Shown piece after piece: positions 59,219-64,000 of a stretch of 64,000 nt of DNA. The translations under genes were made by a program, and so were the position numbers. The stretch is taken from the NCBI GenBank assembly GCA_964505975.1, contig CAZDLW010000003.1, positions 2,947-66,946 of the forward strand, given 5' to 3'. The notes beneath the pieces are model-generated. The model was not told where the DNA came from. It saw nothing but the letters and a program-made list of their open reading frames with translations, and did not search any database. Each line of letters starts with the position of its first letter. Within the stretch, counting starts at the first letter, position 1. The DNA comes from an uncultured Bifidobacteriaceae bacterium. Lineage in GTDB: Bacteria; Acidobacteriota; Vicinamibacteria; Vicinamibacterales; UBA2999.

Positions 59219-60421
59219 TTGCGAGTGGCTCTGGAACAGCATTTTGTGGAGGTCGAGGGGTGGATCTACACCGACATCGCATTCGGGTACGACTACTGGC
59301 GGGAGTACTTGGCCGTGTTCGAGTCTGTCCACCCGATTGCTCGCGTACGAGTCGCTCGAGATGTACCAGACGGTTGGATCCGCGCGGACGGCCCAGGCGT
59401 ACACTTCCACCGCGTGTACGACTACCGAGGATTCTGGCGGTTTCTGGGTTGTTTCCCGAGAGTCATCCGCGACTGCCGGCGGGCTCTTGCGGGACCGGGG
59501 CCTGTCCTGCTCAGAACAGGCAATATTTCACTGATGTGCTGGTTGAACTTGGTGCTCTCCCGACGGCCGTACGCGATCGAGGTCGTTGGGCACGCGGGCG
59601 AAGGTGCCGCGACCGTACCGAGTATTCGGCGCTTTGGACTCGGTCGTGTGATTGCGGGCGTGCTTCACCAGACCTGCCGTATTCAGGCCTGGCAGGCTGA
59701 GTGCGCCAGCTACGTGAGCGAGTTCGTCCAGAGGCTGTACCCAACCGGCAACGGCCGCGAGTGGGTGTTTTCGGGCGTCAAATTGACGGATGGCTCATTT
59801 GGCCGTCCACGCCAGCGCGCTGATTTCGGGGAGAGTCCACTGCGGATTATCTCCGTCGGCCGGATCGAACGCGAGAAAGGGCACCATGTCGCGGTCGAAG
59901 CAGTTGCGTTGCTTGCGCGGCGGAATGTCCCGGTTCGGCTGTCCCTGGTCGGGCCCGGGAGTCAGATCGAACCGCTCCGCCAACTAGCGAATCACTTGGG
60001 CATCGCGGATCGAGTGCAATTGCTAGGTTTGGTACCACCCGGGGATCGATTGCAAGCGCTCCTGCGGGACAATCACCTCTTTGTCCTGCCGTCGTTGACC
60101 GAGGGCATGCCCCGGGCGCTCTTGGAGGCAATGGCGACAGGTCTGCCGGCGATCGGTTCCTCAGTCGGCGGCGTCGTCGAGATCCTCGACCCGGATGCCC
60201 TGGTGCCGCCCAACTATCCGCAGGCGTTGGCCGATCGGATCGCGACATTGGCACGCTCACCCGACAAGATGGCCGCATTGTCCGCTCGTGGCTTCGCGAC
60301 GACTCAGCAGTATCGCAAACACATCATGGACGAGCGAAAGAGAGCGTTCTGGTATTGTCTCGCGGAGCGCTCAGCGCGCGACGATCGCCCCCCATCGGGC
60401 CGGAGCCTATGCAACAGCTGA
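59219..60421 (+). CDS. GT4 glycosyltransferase; start uncertain (TTG 59219 or upstream)
   Basis: YL.VF..V...AR, PYAIEVVG, SVGRIE.EKG, FVLPSLTEGMPRALLEAMATGLP.IGSSVGG..E. Confidence 0.88.
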   Translation: MRVALEQHFVEVEGWIYTDIAFGYDYWREYLAVFESVHPIARVRVARDVPDGWIRADGPGVHFHRVYDYRGFWRFLGCFPRVIRDCRRALAGPGPVLLRTGNISLMCWLNLVLSRRPYAIEVVGHAGEGAATVPSIRRFGLGRVIAGVLHQTCRIQAWQAECASYVSEFVQRLYPTGNGREWVFSGVKLTDGSFGRPRQRADFGESPLRIISVGRIEREKGHHVAVEAVALLARRNVPVRLSLVGPGSQIEPLRQLANHLGIADRVQLLGLVPPGDRLQALLRDNHLFVLPSLTEGMPRALLEAMATGLPAIGSSVGGVVEILDPDALVPPNYPQALADRIATLARSPDKMAALSARGFATTQQYRKHIMDERKRAFWYCLAERSARDDRPPSGRSLCNS

Positions 60422-60990
60422 TCTACCAGGTGCGGTATGCGCTGCCATTGTGGTTGATCGGACTGCTCAGCGACTGGTGGCCCGACAATCGGGTGACAAT
60501 CCGCCTTCGCGGCGGGATGTGCCGTCCCTTCTTCAAGCGATGCGGCAAACGATTCACATGCGCCCGCCGTGTGACGTTTCTCAACACCCCTGGAATCGAG
60601 ATCGGCGAGAACGTGTACGTGGCTACCGGAGCGTGGATCGACGGCATCGGAGGCGTGACCATCGGTGACGAAGTCAAGATTAGCCCTTACGTGGTGATCG
60701 CCTCCAGCTCGCACTGTTTCAGGAACGGCTCAGTGGCCCAGGGGGGGGCACTCGCCGCCCCCATTTCTGTCGGTCGGGGCAGTTGGATTGCTTCCCACGC
60801 GATACTTGTCGGAGGCACGCGGATCGGCAACGGCTGTCTCGTTGCGGGCAATGCGGTTGTCACCCGCGACGTACCCGACCACATGATGGTTGGTGGCGTG
60901 CCGGCGAGCATCGTGGGTCCGGTGCCCGAGCGCGTGCCCACGCACTTTGCCCGGTTCACCGAGACCGCGGAGACGACCGAGGGTGGGTGA
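60409..60990 (+). CDS. Hexapeptide-repeat O/N-acetyltransferase
   Basis: IEIGENVYV, VTIGDEVKI, SSSH, VGRGSWI, NAVVTRDVP, GGVPA. Confidence 0.9.
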   Translation: MQQLIYQVRYALPLWLIGLLSDWWPDNRVTIRLRGGMCRPFFKRCGKRFTCARRVTFLNTPGIEIGENVYVATGAWIDGIGGVTIGDEVKISPYVVIASSSHCFRNGSVAQGGALAAPISVGRGSWIASHAILVGGTRIGNGCLVAGNAVVTRDVPDHMMVGGVPASIVGPVPERVPTHFARFTETAETTEGG

Positions 60991-61084
60991 AACACGGTCT
61001 GAGCCGAGTCTCCTGTCCGGCGCGGTCACCAGACCGGAATCGGCGCGCCCCTTCGAGACCGGTGGGGAGGCTCAGGGTCATTAC

Positions 61085-62305
61085 GTGATCCGCGCCGGCC
61101 TGATAGCCACCATCGGTTTGAACATTCGTGCATTTTTCCGCGGGCAGCTGGCATATCTGCAGCAGCATGGATTTCACTTCACGGTCATTACCAGCGATCC
61201 CACGCCGGAGAATATCGAGCTGCCGGATGGGGCAAACTATCTGTCCGTTCCGCTCACGCGCAGCATCACCCCCTGGACCGACCTGAGATCGATTTGGAAA
61301 TTGTGGCGCATTCTTGTCCGCCGCCGGCTCGACATGGTCCAATACACGACGCCGAAAGGGGCCCTGCTGGCCAGCATCGCCGCAGTTCTCGCCCGTGTGC
61401 CGATCCGGATCTACTTGTTCTGGGGGGTCTACTACAGTACGCAGACGGGCATCAAGCGCCAGTTCTTCAAACTGCTCGAAAAGCTGACATGCCGTCTGAG
61501 CACACACGTCCTTTTCGACGGCCACGGCATCCGCACGTTTGCCCTTGCCGAAGGACTTTCTTCGGAGAGTCAGAGCAGCGTCATCGGTCACGGCAGCGAT
61601 AACGGCGTGGACCTGGAGTACTTCGATCGCGAGTCATGGGTATCGGAGGCGCGTGATGTCCGTATTCGCTGGAGCATCCCTCCCGAGGCCGTCGTGATCG
61701 GAGCCGTCATGCGACTGGTGGGCGACAAGGGCATCAACGAGCTCGTGGAGGGGTTTCGCCGCCTGACCGAGCACGACAGGCAGATCTGGCTGCTGCTGGT
61801 TGGGCCGCTGGAGGACAAGCACGCCCCTCGCCACGACGTACTGTCCATCATGCGACGCCATCCGCGCATCGTGTTGGCCGGGCTCCAGACGGACGTGCGC
61901 CCTTACTATGCAGCCATGGATCTCTTCGTGCTTCCCACGTATCGCGAGGGGTTCAGTGCCGTGACGCTCGAGGCTGCCGCCATGACGTTGCCGGTTATCA
62001 CGACCGATGCGATTGGTGCCGCCGAGACCATTCTCGATGGCCGGACGGGTCTTGTGGTTCCGGCCCGCAGCGTGGGTCCGCTCGCAGATGCCATGCGCCG
62101 GCTGGTCGAGAACCCCGATCTGCGCCATGCAATGGGTCGGGCGGGACGGAGGTTCGTCCAAGAGCATTTCGAACAACGGGTCTTCTGGGAACAGCTCCGG
62201 CGGCACCGGGAGGAACTGCTGATTGCCAGCGGCCGATTCGTGCGCCACAACGGCCGCCTTGTGCCGCAGACAGACTCTCGGCGTCAACCGTCAGGAGTCT
62301 GCTGA
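61085..62305 (+). CDS. GT4 glycosyltransferase; start uncertain (GTG 60983 or 61085)
   Basis: F.GQL.YL, TPKGALL, GSDNGVD, RLVGDKGINEL, FVLPTYREGF....LEAAAM.LPVI. Confidence 0.9.
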   Translation: MIRAGLIATIGLNIRAFFRGQLAYLQQHGFHFTVITSDPTPENIELPDGANYLSVPLTRSITPWTDLRSIWKLWRILVRRRLDMVQYTTPKGALLASIAAVLARVPIRIYLFWGVYYSTQTGIKRQFFKLLEKLTCRLSTHVLFDGHGIRTFALAEGLSSESQSSVIGHGSDNGVDLEYFDRESWVSEARDVRIRWSIPPEAVVIGAVMRLVGDKGINELVEGFRRLTEHDRQIWLLLVGPLEDKHAPRHDVLSIMRRHPRIVLAGLQTDVRPYYAAMDLFVLPTYREGFSAVTLEAAAMTLPVITTDAIGAAETILDGRTGLVVPARSVGPLADAMRRLVENPDLRHAMGRAGRRFVQEHFEQRVFWEQLRRHREELLIASGRFVRHNGRLVPQTDSRRQPSGVC

Positions 62306-62364
62306 ATCGCGAACTCTCTGTCGGTCTCCTTGCCGATCCTCCTGGCGGCTGCGTTCCTGAGTGT

Positions 62365-63288
62365 TCAGGCACCGGTCGCAGTGGCGATGTCCCCCATCGA
62401 CATGAAGCGTGTGGACGGTGGTGCCGCGAAGTGAACGGCATCGAGGAGCTCGGCTACCCGCGCGACTCCGTGCTCCGGAGCCGCGCCAATGTTGTGCGGG
62501 TGGAACCAGAGGTGCAGCGCCTCGTCATCCTTGAGCTTTCGTGCCTCAGCGACGATTCGGCGCCGATGCAGGCGCCAAAGGGCCGGCGGCAGCGTCAGCC
62601 GGAGGAAGTACGACGCGCGGTGCGCTCGTGCGACCGCTATTCGACGGCCCAAAGGTGCCACACTGTCGGTGAACCGGAGGGCGCGCACGACCGGCGTCTG
62701 GTCGGCCATTCTGCTCGCGTTCCAGTAGAACGCGTGTGGATTCTCACGCCAGCACACGATGCCTCGCTCGAGGAACACGTCCGTGTGTCCCACTTGGTTG
62801 CGGGGAAATACCAGGCTCCGTGGCCTCATGCTCCAATTGTCTTCGAAGAGCTGTGCCATCGCATCTGTGTCGGCGACGGCATCTTTGCGCAAGAAACCCG
62901 CCTCACGGATGTAGATGTGGCCGAATGTGTGCGATGCGAGTTCCTGCCCGTCTGTCCGGACGATGCTGTCAACAAGGTGCCGCGCGAAGTGGAGTCGACC
63001 CGTCGGGTCCAGTGTTCGGTAGCTGTCGCGCCATCGGAGCTTCGGATTGTGATAGTGGGGACGCGCAGGGGCTCGGACGCTCCACTCGTCCCAGTTGCGA
63101 CACGCGAGCGCTCCGACGATGGCCCAGGTCGCGCACACGCCACGCGCGGCGAATGCGTCGAGCAAGCGTGGGACGACGTCTTCGACGCCCTCGAGGTTTT
63201 GGCGATAAAGACTCATGTCGTCGCCGAACAGCTCGATCCCGCCCCACCGAAGCTCGAAGTCGAGTGAGAGTACAATCGCCGGACTCAT
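62365..63288 (-). CDS. Polysaccharide deacetylase (NodB/CE4-like)
   Basis: LSLDFELRWG, ATWAIVG, ELASHTFGH, LVFPRNQ, HLWFHPHN. Confidence 0.85.
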   Translation of the reverse strand: MSPAIVLSLDFELRWGGIELFGDDMSLYRQNLEGVEDVVPRLLDAFAARGVCATWAIVGALACRNWDEWSVRAPARPHYHNPKLRWRDSYRTLDPTGRLHFARHLVDSIVRTDGQELASHTFGHIYIREAGFLRKDAVADTDAMAQLFEDNWSMRPRSLVFPRNQVGHTDVFLERGIVCWRENPHAFYWNASRMADQTPVVRALRFTDSVAPLGRRIAVARAHRASYFLRLTLPPALWRLHRRRIVAEARKLKDDEALHLWFHPHNIGAAPEHGVARVAELLDAVHFAAPPSTRFMSMGDIATATGA

Positions 63289-63585
63289 TCGGAAGGCCCC
63301 CACATGCCGATCGTCACATCCTCTCGAAACGCCGAGCCGCCGTATTGTAGTTGACGCTTCTGTCGCCATGCAATTCGCGTGACGCGGATCCGGTCATGGT
63401 CACCAGGGCGTCGAGCGCTGCACGAGATGCTTTCATCGAGCGAGATCCTCATCCGTGGAACACTGGCAGCTGAAATCTCGGCGTTCTAGCCGGTCGGAGA
63501 GCCACGGCATTGTCCGCGGTGTTGGCGACAATTCCCGCATCTCGCCAGCATCCTCACAGACGCGTGCCCATCGAGAGACACGACT

Positions 63586-64000
63586 GTGCTTCAAATAGGT
63601 CATCCGTGCGGCCTATGCAACCGCCTCGACGTCATCACGACAGGCTACGTCTTGGCGAGGATGCAAGGTGATGAAGAGGTCGAAGTGCAGTGGCCACTGA
63701 ATTGGCACCTGTCGGTGAGCTTTTACGACCTCTTCACGCATTTGCCCTTTGGACGGGTGGTCGACGGAACGTTGGATCCGAAGGTGCACGCAGACTATAT
63801 GACCACGATCGCCGGGCTGTCTCGTGATTACCGCGATGAGCCCATCTATGGCGAGACGCTCAGACGGCTTCTCGATTGTGCTGTCCCTGCCGTCCGCTCC
63901 GAAGTCACGGAGTTCATGCAATCTCACTTCCATGCCGCCCCCGGACGCGGACCCTTCGGTGTCCACATACGACGTGTCGAAAAGCCGCTGCCATTTTGCA
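63586..64000 (+). CDS. Fucosyltransferase-like (GT11/GT23-type fold) glycosyltransferase, partial, runs off right edge; not in ORF track
   Basis: Manual translation from the GTG at 63586: VLQIGHPCGLCNRLDVI...W..NWHL..SFYDLF...GPFGVHIRRVE, with no stop to the window end. Confidence 0.65.
   Translation, partial: MLQIGHPCGLCNRLDVITTGYVLARMQGDEEVEVQWPLNWHLSVSFYDLFTHLPFGRVVDGTLDPKVHADYMTTIAGLSRDYRDEPIYGETLRRLLDCAVPAVRSEVTEFMQSHFHAAPGRGPFGVHIRRVEKPLPFC

Noticed and set aside
63613-63966. 117-aa minus-strand ORF
   Set aside because: The opposite strand carries a motif-bearing fucosyltransferase-like frame.
1-64000. CRISPR arrays, tRNA/rRNA, transposases, integrases, ops/JUMPstart element
   Set aside because: No regularly spaced repeats, RNA-gene signatures, recombinase motifs or convincing intergenic GGCGGTAG element seen by eye; a weak or degenerate instance could have been missed.

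Overview
GC-rich (roughly mid-60s % by eye) bacterial window that is almost entirely one giant surface-polysaccharide locus of about 50 genes, mostly on the + strand. It encodes nucleotide-sugar pathways (CDP-glucose/RfbF, C-methyltransferases, three RmlC-like cupins, several SDR epimerases, a GDP-heptose pathway GmhA/HddA/HddC-GmhB, a plant-like GDP-mannose 3,5-epimerase). It has two export routes (Wzm/Wzt ABC, and outer-membrane barrel-Wza-Wzc with a Wzy), many GT2/GT4 glycosyltransferases and a GtrA/GT-C lipid-linked glycosylation pair. Its tailoring arsenal is unusually rich: six SAM-fold proteins, AsnB, an acetyltransferase, a deacetylase and a PL1-like lyase. The most unusual part (about 17.9-30.8 kb) is a candidate glycan-tailoring module made of a degenerate and a canonical carbamoyltransferase, a DUF642-Ig-DUF642 surface protein, a frameshifted A-PCP-TE NRPS-like enzyme lacking the amino-acid-binding Asp, an apparent SxtJ-SxtK-like fusion and an SGNH protein with a probable CTG start. 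Two genes at the window edges are missing from the ORF track: a GT2 at the left edge and a fucosyltransferase-like gene at the right edge. I saw no rRNA, tRNA, CRISPR or transposase. The gene style suggests an Acidobacteria-like (Vicinamibacterales-type) Gram-negative host, but that is only an impression. All calls come from motif recognition by eye; no database searches were run.
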